From Yuukianura sp. NJ FZ-2021 (taxonomy: Eukaryota): 64,000 nucleotides of DNA. Positions 24,301-37,578 of the stretch are shown one piece after another. The notes beneath the pieces are model-generated. The model saw only the letters and a program-made list of their open reading frames with translations, did not search any database and was not told the DNA's origin. The stretch spans positions 6,696,001 to 6,760,000 of the forward strand of contig CM102285.1 of assembly GCA_046563655.1 (NCBI GenBank), read 5' to 3'. How positions within the stretch are numbered: the stretch's first letter is position 1; each line of letters begins with the position of its first letter. Both the position numbers and the translations under genes were made by a program.

Positions 24301-27300
24301 AAAGTCATTCTGGGATATCCGAGGAGTCAAAATTGCAAACCGAAATTATGCTTGCGAAAGCCCATCTGAAGTGTTCAAAGCTCAATTTTTCACCAAAAAA
24401 TCATTTTTTTTCATTAAAAACTCCTCAAAAAGTCATTCTGGGCTATCCGAGGAGTCAAAATTGCAAACCGAAATTATGCTTGCGAAAGCCCATCTGAAGT
24501 GTTCAAAGCTCAATTTTTCACCAAAAAATCATTTTTTTTCATTAAAAACTAAAAAAGTCTTTCTGGGCTATCCGAGATGTCAAAATTGCAAACCGAAATT
24601 ATGCTTGTGAAAGCCCATCTGAAGTGTTCCAAGCTCAATTTGTCACCAAAAAATCATTTTTTTTTATTAAAAACTCCTCTAAAAGTCATTCTGGGATATC
24701 CGAGGAGTCAAAATTGCAAACCGAAATTATGCTTGTGAAAGCCCATCTGAAGTGTTCCTAGCTCAATTTTTCACCAAAAAATCATTTTTTTTCATTAAAA
24801 ACTCCCCAAAAAGTCATTCTGGGCTATCGGAGATGTCAAAATTGCAAACCGAAATTATGCTTGTGAAAGCCCATCTGAAGTGTTCCAAGCTCAATTTTTC
24901 ACCAAAAAATCATTTCTTTTTTCATTAAAAACTCCTCTAAAAGTCATTCTGGGATATCCGAGGAGTCAAAATTGCGAACCGAAATTATGCTTGTGAAAGC
25001 CCATCTGAAGTGTTCCTAGCTCAATTTTTCACCAAAAAATCATTTTTTTTCATTAAAAACTCCCCAAAAAGTCATTCTGGGATATCCGAGGAGTCAAAAT
25101 TGCAAACCGAAATTATGCTTGCGAAAGCCCATCTGAAGTGTTCAAAGCTCAATTTTTCACCAAAAAATCATTTTGTTCATTAAAAACTCCCCAAAAAGTC
25201 ATTCTGGGCTATCCGAGGAGTCAAAATTGCAAACCGAAATTATGCTTGCGAAAGCCCATCTGAAGTGTTCCAAGCTCAATTTTTCACCAAAAAATCATTT
25301 CTTTTTTCATTAAAAACTCCTCAAAAAGTCATTCTGGGATATCCGAGGAGTCAAAATTGCAAACCGAAATTATGCTTGTGAAAGTCCATCTGAAGTGTTC
25401 CTAGCTCAATTTTTCACCAAAAAATCATTTTTTTCATTAAAAACTCCCCAAAAAGTCATTCTGGGCTATCCGAGGAGTCAAAATTGCAAACCGAAATTAT
25501 GCTTGCGAAAGCCCATCTGAAGTGTTCAAAGCTCAATTTTATCAGCAAAAAATCATTTTTTTTCATTAAAAACTCCCCAAAAAGTCATTCTGGGCTATCG
25601 GAGATGTCAAAATTGCAAACCGAAATTATGCTTGTGAAAGCCCATCTCAAGTGTTCCAAGCTCAATTTTTCACCAAAAAATCATTTCTTTTTTCATTAAA
25701 AACTCCTCTAAAAGTCATTCTGGGATATCCGAGGAGTCAAAATTGCAAACCGAAATTATGCTTGTGAAAGCCCATCTGAAGTGTTCCAAGCTCAATTTTT
25801 CACCAAAAAATCATTTTTTTTTCATTAAAAACTCCAAAAAAGTCATTCTGGGCTATCGGAGATGTCAAAATTGCAAACCGAAATTATGCTTGTGAAAGCC
25901 CATCTGAAGTGTTCCAAGCTCAATTTTTCACCAAAAAATCATTTCTTTTTTCATTAAAAACTCCTCTAAAAGTCATTCTGGGATATCCGAGGAGTCAAAA
26001 TTGCAAACCGAAATTATGCTTGTGAAAGCCCATCTGAAGTGTTCCTAGCTCAATTTTTCACCAAAAAATCATTTTTTTTCATTAAAAACTCCCCAAAAAG
26101 TCATTCTGGGATATCCGAGGAGTCAAAATTGCAAACCGAAATTATGCTTGCGAAAGCCCATCTGAAGTGTTCCAAGCTCAATTTTTCACCAAAAAATCAT
26201 TTTTTTTCATTAAAAACTCCAAAAAAGCCATTCTGGGCTATCTGAGATGTCAAAATTGCAAACCGAAATTATGCTTGTGAAAGCCCATCTGAATTGTTCC
26301 AAGCTCAATTTTTCACCAAAAAATCATTTTTTTTCATTAAAAACTCCCCAAAAAGTCATTCTGGGCTATCTCAGATGTCAAAATTGCAAACCGAAATTAT
26401 GCTTGTGAAAGCCCATCTGAAGTGTTCCAAGGTCAATTTTTCACCAAAAAATCATTTTTTTTTCATTAAAAACTCCAAAAAAGTCATTCTGGGCTATCGG
26501 AGATGTCAAAATTGCAAACCGAAATTATGCTTGTGAAAGCCCATCTGAATTGTGTTCCAAGCTCAATTTTTCACCAAAAAATCATTTCTTTTTTCATTAA
26601 AAACTCCTCTAAAAGTCATTCTGGGATATCCGAGGAGTCAAAATTGCAAACCGAAATTATGCTTGTGAAAGCCCATCTGAAGTGTTCCAAGCTCAATTTT
26701 TCACCAAAAAATCATTTTTTTTTCATTAAAAACTCCAAAAAAGTCATTCTGGGCTATCGGAGATGTCAAAATTGCAAACCGAAATTATGCTTGTGAAAGC
26801 CCATCTGAAGTGTTCCAAGCTCAATTTGTCACCAAAAAATCATTTTTTTTTTCATTAAAAACTCCTCTAAAAGTCATTCTGGGATATCCGAGGAGTCAAA
26901 ATTGCAAACCGAAATTATGCTTGTGAAAGCCCATCTGAAGTGTTCCTAGCTCAATTTTTCACCAAAAAATCATTTTTTTTTCATTAAAAACTCCCCAAAA
27001 AGTCATTCTGGGATATCCGAGGAGTCAAAATTGCAAACCGAAATTATGCTTGCGAAAGCCCATCTGAAGTGTTCCAAGCTCAATTTTTCACCAAAAAATC
27101 ATTTTTTTTCATTAAAAACTCCAAAAAAGTCATTCTGGGCTATCTGAGATGTCAAAATTGCAAACCGAAATTATGCTTGTGAAAGCCCATCTGAATTGTT
27201 CCAAGCTCAATTTTTCACCAAAAAATCATTTTTTTTCATTAAAAACTCCCCAAAAAGTCATTCTGGGCTATCTCAGATGTCAAAATTGCAAACCGAAATT

Positions 27301-30300
27301 ATGCTTGTGAAAGCCCATCTGAAGTGTTCCAAGGTCAATTTTTCACCAAAAAATCATTTTTTTTTCATTAAAAACTCCAAAAAAGTCATTCTGGGCTATC
27401 GGAGATGTCAAAATTGCAAACCGAAATTATGCTTGTGAAAGCCCATCTGAATTGTGTTCCAAGCTCAATTTTTCACCAAAAAATCATTTCTTTTTTCATT
27501 AAAAACTCCTCTAAAAGTCATTCTGGGATATCCGAGGAGTCAAAATTGCAAACCGAAATTATGCTTGTGAAAGCCCATCTGAAGTGTTCCAAGCTCAATT
27601 TTTCACCAAAAAATCATTTTTTTTTCATTAAAAACTCCAAAAAAGTCATTCTGGGCTATCGGAGATGTCAAAATTGCAAACCGAAATTATGCTTGTGAAA
27701 GCCCATCTGAAGTGTTCCAAGCTCAATTTTTCACCAAAAAATCATTTCTTTTTTCATTAAAAACTCCTCTAAAAGTCATTCTGGGATATCCGAGGAGTCA
27801 AAATTGCAAACCGAAATTATGCTTGTGAAAGCCCATCTGAAGTGTTCCTAGCTCAATTTTTCACCAAAAAATCATTTTTTTTTCATTAAAAACTCCCCAA
27901 AAAGTCATTCTGGGATATCCGAGGAGTCAAAATTGCAAACCGAAATTATGCTTGCGAAAGCCCATCTGAAGTGTTCCAAGCTCAATTTTTCACCAAAAAA
28001 TCATTTTTTTTTCATTAAAAACTCCAAAAAAGCCATTCTGGGCTATCTGAGATGTCAAAATTGCAAACCGAAATTATGCTTGTGAAAGCCCATCTGAATT
28101 GTTCCAAGCTCAATTTTTCACCAAAAAATCATTTTTTTTCATTAAAAACTCCCCAAAAAGTCATTCTGGGCTATCTCAGATGTCAAAATTGCAAACCGAA
28201 ATTATGCTTGTGAAAGCCCATCTGAAGTGTTCCAAGGTCAATTTTTCACCAAAAAATCATATTTTTTCATTAAAAACTCCAAAAAAGTCATTCTGGGCTA
28301 TCGGAGATGTCAAAATTGCAAACCGAAATTATGCTTGTGAAAGCCCATCTGAATTGTGTTCCAAGCTCAATTTTTCACCAAAAAATCATTTCTTTTTTCA
28401 TTAAAAACTCCTCTAAAAGTCATTCTGGGATATCCGAGGAGTCAAAATTGCAAACCGAAATTATGCTTGTGAAAGCCCATCTGAAGTGTTCCAAGCTCAA
28501 TTTTTCACCAAAAAATCATTTTTTTTTCATTAAAAACTCCAAAAAAGTCATTCTGGGCTATCGGAGATGTCAAAATTGCAAACCGAAATTATGCTTGTGA
28601 AAGCCCATCTGAAGTGTTCCAAGCTCAATTTGTCACCAAAAAATCATTTTTTTTTAATTAAAAACTCCTCTAAAAGTCATTCTGGGATATCCGAGGAGTC
28701 AAAATTGCAAACCGAAATTATGCTTGTGAAAGCCCATCTGAAGTGTTCCTAGCTCAATTTTTCACCAAAAAATCATTTTTTTTCATTAAAAACTCCCCAA
28801 AAAGTCATTCTGGGATATCCGAGGAGTCAAAATTGCAAACCGAAATTATGCTTGCGAAAGCCCATCTGAAGTGTTCCAAGCTCAATTTTTCACCAAAAAA
28901 TCATTTTTTTTCATTAAAAACTCCAAAAAAGCCATTCTGGGCTATCTGAGATGTCAAAATTGCAAACCGAAATTATGCTTGTGAAAGCCCATCTGAATTG
29001 TTCCAAGCTCAATTTTTCACCAAAAAATCATTTTTTTTCATTAAAAACTCCCCAAAAAGTCATTCTGGGCTATCTCAGATGTCAAAATTGCAAACCGAAA
29101 TTATGCTTGTGAAAGCCCATCTGAATTGTGTTCCAAGCTCAATTTTTCACCAAAAAATCATTTCTTTTTTCATTAAAAACTCCTCTAAAAGTCATTCTGG
29201 GATATCCGAGGAGTCAAAATTGCAAACCGAAATTATGCTTGTGAAAGCCCATCTGAAGTGTTCCAAGCTCAATTTTTCACCAAAAAATCATTTTTTTTTT
29301 CATTAAAAACTCCAAAAAAGTCATTCTGGGCTATCGGAGATGTCAAAATTGCAAACCGAAATTATGCTTGTGAAAGCCCATCTGAAGTGTTCCAAGCTCA
29401 ATTTTTCACCAAAAAATCATTTCTTTTTTCATTAAAAACTCCTCTAAAAGTCATTCTGGGATATCCGAGGAGTCAAAATTGCAAACCGAAATTATGCTTG
29501 TGAAAGCCCATCTGAAGTGTTCCTAGCTCAATTTTTCACCAAAAAATCATTTTTTTTCATTAAAAACTCCCCAAAAAGTCATTCTGGGATATCCGAGGAG
29601 TCAAAATTGCAAACCGAAATTATGCTTGCGAAAGCCCATCTGAAGTGTTCCAAGCTCAATTTTTCACCAAAAAATCATTTATTTTCATTAAAAACTCCAA
29701 AAAAGCCATTCTGGGCTATCTGAGATGTCAAAATTGCAAACCGAAATTATGCTTGTGAAAGCCCATCTGAATTGTTCCAAGCTCAATTTTTCACCAAAAA
29801 ATCATTTTTTTCATTAAAAACTCCCCAAAAAGTCATTCTGGGCTATCTGAGTTGTCAAAATTGCAAACCGAGGTTATGCTTGTGAAAGCCCATCTGAAGT
29901 GTTCCAAGGTCAATTTTTCACCAAAAAAAAATATTTTTTTATTAAAAACTCCAAAAAAGTCATTCTGGGCTATCGGAGATGTCAAAATTGCAAACCGAAA
30001 TTATGCTTGTGAAAGCCCATCTGAATTGTGTTCCAAGCTCAATTTTTCACCAAAAAATCATTTTTTTTTTCATTAAAAACTCCAAAAAAGTCATTCTGGG
30101 CTATCGGAGATGTCAAAATTGCAAACCGAAATTATGCTTGTGAAAGCCCATCTGAATTGTGTTCCAAGCTCAATTTTTCACCAAAAAATCATTTCTTTTT
30201 TCATTAAAAACTCCTCTAAAAGTCATTCTGGGATATCCGAGGAGTCAAAATTGCAAACCGAAATTATGCTTGTGAAAGCCCATCTGAAGTGTTCCTAGCT

Positions 30301-33300
30301 CAATTTTTCACCAAAAAATCATTTTTTTTCATTAAAAACTCCCCAAAAAGTCATTCTGGGCTATCCGAGGAGTCAAAATTGCAAACCGAAATTATGCTTG
30401 CGAAAGCCCATCTGAAGTGTTCCAAGCTCAATTTTTCACCAAAAAATCATTTCTTTTTTCATTAAAAACTCCTCTAAAAGTCATTCTGGGATATCCGAGG
30501 AGTCAAAATTGCGAACCGAAATTATGCTTGTGAAAGCCCATCTGAAGTGTTCCTAGCTCAATTTTTCACCAAAAAATCATTTTTTTTTCATTAAAAACTC
30601 CCCAAAAAGTAATTCTGGGCTATCTCAGATGTCAAAATTGCAAACCGAAATTATGCTTGTGAAAGCCCATCTGAAGTGTTCCAAGCTCAATTTTTCACCA
30701 AAAAATCATTTCTTTTTTCATTAAAAACTCCTCTAAAAGTCATTCTGGGATATCCGAGGAGTCAAAATTGCAAACCGAAATTATGCTTGTGAAAGCCCAT
30801 CTGAAGTGTTCCAAGCTCAATTTTTCACCAAAAAATCATTTTTTTCATTAAAAACTCCAAAAAAGTCATTCTGGGCTATCGGAGATGTCAAAATTGCAAA
30901 CCGAAATTATGCTTGTGAAAGCCCATCTGAAGTGTTCCAAGCTCAATTTTTCACCAAAAAATCATTTCTTTTTTCATTAAAAACTCCTCTAAAAGTCATT
31001 CTGGGATATCCGAGGAGTCAAAATTGCAAACCGAAATTATGCTTGTGAAAGCCCATCTGAAGTGTTCCTAGCTCAATTTTTCACCAAAAAATCATTTTTT
31101 TTCATTAAAAACTCCCCAAAAAGTCATTCTGGGATATCCGAGGAGTCAAAATTGCAAACCGAAATTATGCTTGCGAAAGCCCATCTGAAGTGTTCCAAGC
31201 TCAATTTTTCACCAAAAAATCATTTTTTTTCATTAAAAACTCCCCAAAAAGTCATTCTGGGCTATCTCAGATGTCAAAATTGCAAACCGAAATTATGCTT
31301 GTGAAAGCCCATCTGAAGTGTTCCAAGCTCAATTTTTCACCAAAAAATCATTTTTTTTTCATTAAAAACTCCCCAAAAAGTCATTCTGGGCTATCGGAGA
31401 TGTCAAAATTGCAAACCGAAATTATGCTTGTGAAAGCCCATCTGAATTGTGTTCCAAGCTCAATTTTTCACCAAAAAATCATTTTTTTTTATTAAAAACT
31501 CCTCTAAAAGTCATTCTGGGATATCCGAGGAGTCAAAATTGCAAACCGAAATTATGCTTGTGAAAGCCCATCTGAAGTGTTCCTAGCTCAATTTTTCACC
31601 AAAAAATCATTTTTTTTTCATTAAAAACTCCCCAAAAAGTCATTCTGGGCTATCCGAGGAGTCAAAATTGCAAACCGAAATTATGCTTGCGAAAGCCCAT
31701 CTGAAGTGTTCCAAGCTCAATTTTTCACCAAAAAATCATTTTTTTTCATTAAAAACTCCAAAAAAGCCATTCTGGGCTATCGGAGATGTCAAAATTGCAA
31801 ACCGAAATTATGCTTGTGAAAGCCCATCTGAAGTGTTCCAAGCTCAATTTTTCACCAAAAAATCATTTCTTTTTTCATTAAAAACTCCTTAAAAAGTCAT
31901 TCTGGGATATCCGAGGAGTCAAAATTGCAAACCGAAAATATGCTTGTAAAAGCCCATCTGAAGTGTTCCAAGCTCAATTTTTCACCAAAAAATCATTTTT
32001 TTTTCATTAAAAACTCCCCAAAAAGTCATTCTGGGCTATCGGAGATGTCAAAATTGCAAACCGAAATTATGCTTGTGAAAGCCCATCTGAAGTGTTCCAA
32101 GCTCAATTTTTCACCAAAAAATCATTTCTTTTTTCATTAAAAACTCCTCTAAAAGTCATTCTGGGATATCCGAGGAGTCAAAATTGCAAACCGAAATTAT
32201 GCTTGTGAAAGCCCATCTGAAGTGTTCCAAGCTCAATTTTTCACCAAAAAATCATTTTTTTCATTAAAAACTCCAAAAAAGTCATTCTGGGCTATCGGAG
32301 ATGTCAAAATTGCAAACCGAAATTATGCTTGTGAAAGCCCATCTGAAGTGTTCCAAGCTCAATTTTTCACCAAAAAATCATTTCTTTTTTCATTAAAAAC
32401 TCCTCTAAAAGTCATTCTGGGATATCCGAGGAGTCAAAATTGCGAACCGAAATTATGCTTGTGAAAGCCCATCTGAAGTGTTCCTAGCTCAATTTTTCAC
32501 CAAAAAATCATTTCTTTCATTAAAAACTAAAAAAGTCATTCTGGGATATCCGAGGAGTCAAAATTGCAAACCGAAATTATGCTTGCGAAAGCCCATCTGA
32601 AGTGTTCAAAGCTCAATTTTTCACCAAAAAATCATTTTTTTTCATTAAAAACTCCTAAAAAAGTCATTCTGGGCTATCCGAGGAGTCAAAATTGCAAACC
32701 GAAATTATGCTTGCGAAAGCCCATCTGAAGTGTTCAAAGCTCAATTTTTCACCAAAAAATCATTTTTTTTTCATTAAAAACTCCTCAAAAAGTCATTCTG
32801 GGATATCCGAGGAGTCAAAATTGCAAACCGAAATTATGCTTGTGAAAGCCCATCTGAAGTGTTCCAAGATCAATTTTTCACCAAAAAATCATTTTTTTCA
32901 TTAAAAACTCCCCAAAAAGTCATTCTGGGCTATCCGAGGAGTCAAAATTGCAAACCGAAATTATGCTTGCGAAAGCCCATCTGAAGTGTTCAAAGCTCAA
33001 TTTTATCAGCAAAAAATCATTTTTTCATTAAAAACTCCCCAAAAAGTCATTCTGGGCTATCGGAGATGTCAAAATTGCAAACCGAAATTATGCTTGTGAA
33101 AGCCCATCTGAAGTGTTCCAAGCTCAATTTTTCACCAAAAAATCATTTCTTTTTTCATTAAAAACTTCTCTAAAAGTCATTCTGGGATATCCGAGGAGTC
33201 AAAATTGCAAACCGAAATTATGCTTGTGAAAGCCCATCTGAAGTGTTCCAAGCTCAATTTTTCACCAAAAAATCATTTTTTTTTTTCATTAAAAACTCCA

Positions 33301-36300
33301 AAAAAGTCATTCTGGGCTATCGGAGATGTCAAAATTGCAAACCGAAATTATGCTTGTGAAAGCCCAGCTGAAGTGTTCCAAGCTCAATTTTTCACCAAAA
33401 AATCATTTCTTTTTTCATTAAAAACTCCTCTAAAAGTCATTCTGGGATATCCGAGGAGTCAAAATTGCAAACCGAAATTATGCTTGTGAAAGCCCATCTG
33501 AAGTGTTCCTAGCTCAATTTTTCACCAAAAAATAATTTTTTTTTCATTAAAAACTCCCCAAAAAGTCATTCTGGGATATCCGAGGAGTCAAAATTGCAAA
33601 CCGAAATTATGCTTGCGAAAGCCCATCTGAAGTGTTCCAAGCTCAATTTTTCACCAAAAAATCATTTTTTTCATTAAAAACTCCAAAAAAGCCATTCTGG
33701 GCTATCTGAGATGTCAAAATTGCAAACCGAAATTATGCTTGTGAAAGCCCATCTGAATTGTTCCAAGCTCAATTTTTCACCAAAAAATCATTTTTTTTCA
33801 TTAAAAACTCCCAAAAAGTCATTCTGGGCTATCTCAGATGTCAAAATTGCAAACCGAAATTATGCTTGTGAAAGCCCATCTGAAGTGTTCCAAGCTCAAT
33901 TTTTCACCAAAAAATCATTTTTTTTTCATTAAAAACTCCAAAAAAGTCATTCTGGGCTATCGGAGATGTCAAAATTGCAAAGCGAAATTATGCTTGTGAA
34001 AGCCCATCTGAATTGTGTTCCAAGCTCAATTTTTCACCAAAAAATCATTTCTTTTTTCATTAAAAACTCCTCTAAAAGTCATTCTGGGATATCCGAGGAG
34101 TCAAAATTGCAAACCGAAATTATGCTTGTGAAAGCCCATCTGAAGTGTTCCTAGCTCAATTTTTCACCAAAAAATCATTTTTTTTCATTAAAAACTCCCC
34201 AAAAAGTCATTCTGGGCTATCCGAGGAGTCAAAATTGCAAACCGAAATTATGCTTGCGAAAGCCCATCTGAAGTGTTCAAAGCTCAATTTTTCACCAAAA
34301 AATCATTTTTTTTCATTAAAAACTCCAAAAAAGCCATTCTGGGCTTTCGGAGATGTCAAAATTGCAAACCGAAATTATGCTTGTGAAAGCCCATCTGAAG
34401 TGTTCCAAGCTCAATTTTTCACCAAAAAATCATTTCTTTTTTCATTAAAAACTCCTCTAAAAGTCATTCTGGGATATCCGAGGAGTCAAAATTGCAAACC
34501 GAAATTATGCTTGTGAAAGCCCATCTGAAGTGTTCCTAGCTCAATTTTTCACCAAAAAATCATTTTTTTTCATTAAAAACTCCCCAAAAAGTCATTCTGG
34601 GCTATCCGAGGAGTCAAAATTGCAAACCGAAATTATGCTTGCGAAAGCCCATCTGAAGTGTTCAAAGCTCAATTTTATCACCAAAAAATCATTTTTTTTC
34701 ATTAAAAACTCCCCAAAAAGTCATTCTGGGCTATCTGAGATGTCAAAATTGCAAACCGAAATTATGCTTGTGAAAGCCCATCTGAATTGTTCCAAGCTCA
34801 ATTTTTCACCAAAAAATCATTTTTTTTTCATTAAAAACACCCAAAAAGTCTTTCTGGGCTATCTGAGATGTCAAAATAGCAAACCGAAATTATGCTTGTG
34901 AAAGCCCATCTGAAGTGTTCCAAGCTCAATTTTTCACCAAAAAATCATTTTTTTTTTCATTAAAAACTCTCCAAAAGTCATTCTGGGCTATCGGAGATGT
35001 CAAAATTGCAAACCGAAATTATGCTTGCGAAAGCGCATCTGAAGTGTTCCACGATCAATTTTCACCAAAAAATAATTTTTTTTTCATTAAAAACTCCTCA
35101 AAAAGTCATTCTGGGATATCCGAGGAGTCAAAATTGCAAACCGAAATTATGCTTGCGAAAGCCCATCTGAAGTGTTCAAAGCTCAATTTTATCACCAAAA
35201 AATCATTTTTTTTTCATTAAAAACTCCCCAAAAAGTCATTCTGGGCTATCCGAGGAGTCAAAATTGCAAACCGAAATTATGCTTGCGAAAGCCCATCTGA
35301 AGTGTTCCAAGCTCAATTTTTCACCAAAAAATCATTTCTTTTTTCATTAAAAACTCCTCGAAAAGTCATTCTGGGATATCCGAGGAGTCAAAATTGCAAA
35401 CCGAAATTATGCTTGTGAAAGCCCATCTGAAGTGTTCCTAGCTCAATTTTTCACCAAAAAATCATTTTTTTTTTCATTAAAAACTCCCCAAAAAGTCATT
35501 CTGGGCTATCCGAGGAGTCAAAATTGCAAACCGAAATTATGCTTGCGAAAGCCCATCTGAAGTGTTCAAAGCTCAATTTTATCAGCAAAAAATCATTTTT
35601 TTTCATTAAAAACTCCCCAAAAAGTCATTCTGGGCTATCGGAGATGTCAAAATTGCAAACCGAAATTATGCTTGTGAAAGCCCATCTGAAGTGTTCCAAG
35701 CTCAATTTTTCACCAAAAAATCATTTCTTTTTTCATTAAAAACTCCTCTAAAAGTCATTCTGGGATATCCGAGGAGTCAAAATTGCAAACCGAAATTATG
35801 CTTGTGAAAGCCCATCTGAAGTGTTCCTAGCTCAATTTTTCACCAAAAAATCATTTTTTTTCATTAAAAACTCCCCAAAAAGTCATTCTGGGCTATCCGA
35901 GGAGTCAAAATTGCAAACCGAAATTATGCTTGCGAAAGCCCATCTGAAGTGTTCAAAGCTCAATTTTTCACCAAAAAATCATTTTTTTTTCATTAAAAAC
36001 TCCCAAAAAGTCATTCTGGGCTATCTGAGATGTCAAAATTGCAAACCGAAATTATGCTTGTGAAAGCCCATCTGAATTGTTCCAAGCTCAATTTTTCACC
36101 AAAAAATCATTTTTTTTCATTAAAAACTCCCCAAAAAGTCATTCTGGGCTATCTCAGATGTCAAAATTGCAAACCGAAATTATGCTTGTGAAAGCCAATC
36201 TGAAGTGTTCCAAGCTCAATTTTTCACCAAAAAATCATTTTTTTCATTAAAAACTCCAAAAAAGTCATTCTGGGCTATCGGAGATGTCAAAATTGCAAAC

Positions 36301-37421
36301 CGAAATTATGGTTGTAAAAGCGCATCTGAAGTGTTCCACGATCAATTTTCACCAAAAAATAATTTTTTTTTCATTAAAAACTCCTCAAAAAGTCATTCTG
36401 GGATATCCGAGGAGTCAAAATTGCAAACCGAAATTATGCTTGTGAAAGCCCCTCTGAAGTGTTCCTAGCTCAATTTTATCACCAAAAAATCATTTTTTTT
36501 CATTAAAAAACTAAACTTAAACTTCATCGTCTCCATTTAAGCGTATTCAGGACACTCATTGGTTACTGGAAAACCAAAACTCCTCCCCGTGGATTCCTAT
36601 TTGTCCAACGTGTTAACGGACAAAGGTTACTAATTAAGCTCGGTCACAGGAAATCTTAATTAAGAAAAGGAAGTCTTAATTGGTCACAGGAAGCAACAGG
36701 AAGTGTTAATTAATTGTAGAAGGAAGCATTAATTAATGTTTACAAGAAGTATTAATTAGTCTCAATTAATGTGAATTAGCCAGCTGACTGGGGATAGAAC
36801 TCATGCTGTAAAAAAGCTTATGGGTCCAAAGGTTGATTTGAGTCGAAAGTCCTACCTACCCTTCTACTACTTCTAGACCCCAGCAAGTATAGAGGTCATC
36901 CATGTTATGACCCCTGTAGGTCAAACGGTTGGTCAGAACTATCAACCTGTATACATTTTCTGAATCAGGAGGTCAAGCCCGTTCCAACGACATATTACTT
37001 GCATGGGGTCATTATGTGATCACATGCTGACCTTTGACTCCATGTATCCGATGACCTATACCGCGGGGGCAGCTGGTGGCAGCGGGAAGGACACTTCTAG
37101 TCCTGTAGAATAAGGAATCGAAAAGCCCTTCGCTGAGGGACTAGGGGATGGACGGGGATGGCTTCCCAAGGATAGTCACATATACTACAATGTACAAGGT
37201 GCCACTTTCAGTCGACATAACGTTTTTTAGGGTTGACCGAATAACCCAGAACTTTACTATTTTGTTGCCCATAATAATGCTAACTTTTCATGAGAAAATT
37301 GGTGCGAATTATGACTTCCGGTTTTGGCCAAGAAAAAGTCAATTATGGCCCAAAGTGTGCTCCAGAAAAAGTAGGTTAACCGAAAGTACAGCTACATAAA
37401 CAAGCGGCTGAAATATAAGAT

Positions 37422-37427
37422 TTTATT
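37422..37427 (-). promoter_or_regulatory. Candidate polyadenylation signal (AATAAA) of ARMC8
   Basis: tttatt on the plus strand about 150 bp downstream of the ARMC8 stop codon. Confidence 0.45.
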
Positions 37428-37578
37428 TTATGGTGGAACCCAGCATGTTTAGAATTGAATCACTACAACTATTAAATTATAGATTCAAAACAGAGTAACA
37501 TTGGAGGAGTGTTATGGTTATAAAAGATTAATTTTCACCTCTTCCACAGCAGGCTGGATATGCTGCTGATTTAAAGTT

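Larger units (their letters stand above)
1..36512 (+). repeat. Satellite DNA array, ~128-129 bp monomer, about 250 copies, open at the left window edge and interrupted by two transposable elements
   Basis: Continuous head-to-tail copies of gtcattctgg(g/gc)tatc..gtcaaaattgcaaaccgaaattatgcttg(t/c)gaaagcccatctgaagtgttccaagctcaatttttcaccaaaaaatcat(t)n cattaaaaactcc. Monomer starts at 8, 137 and 264. The last monomer ends near 36510. Copy number is estimated from length minus insertions. Confidence 0.98.

Noticed and set aside
28..36468. Dozens of short ORFs (MSKLQTEIMLVKAHL... and similar) in the satellite
   Set aside because: Translations of the tandem monomer. Frames shift with homopolymer length and show no domain or coding signal.
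1..36512. CRISPR-like array
   Set aside because: The whole unit repeats with no unique spacers, there are no cas genes, and the context is eukaryotic.
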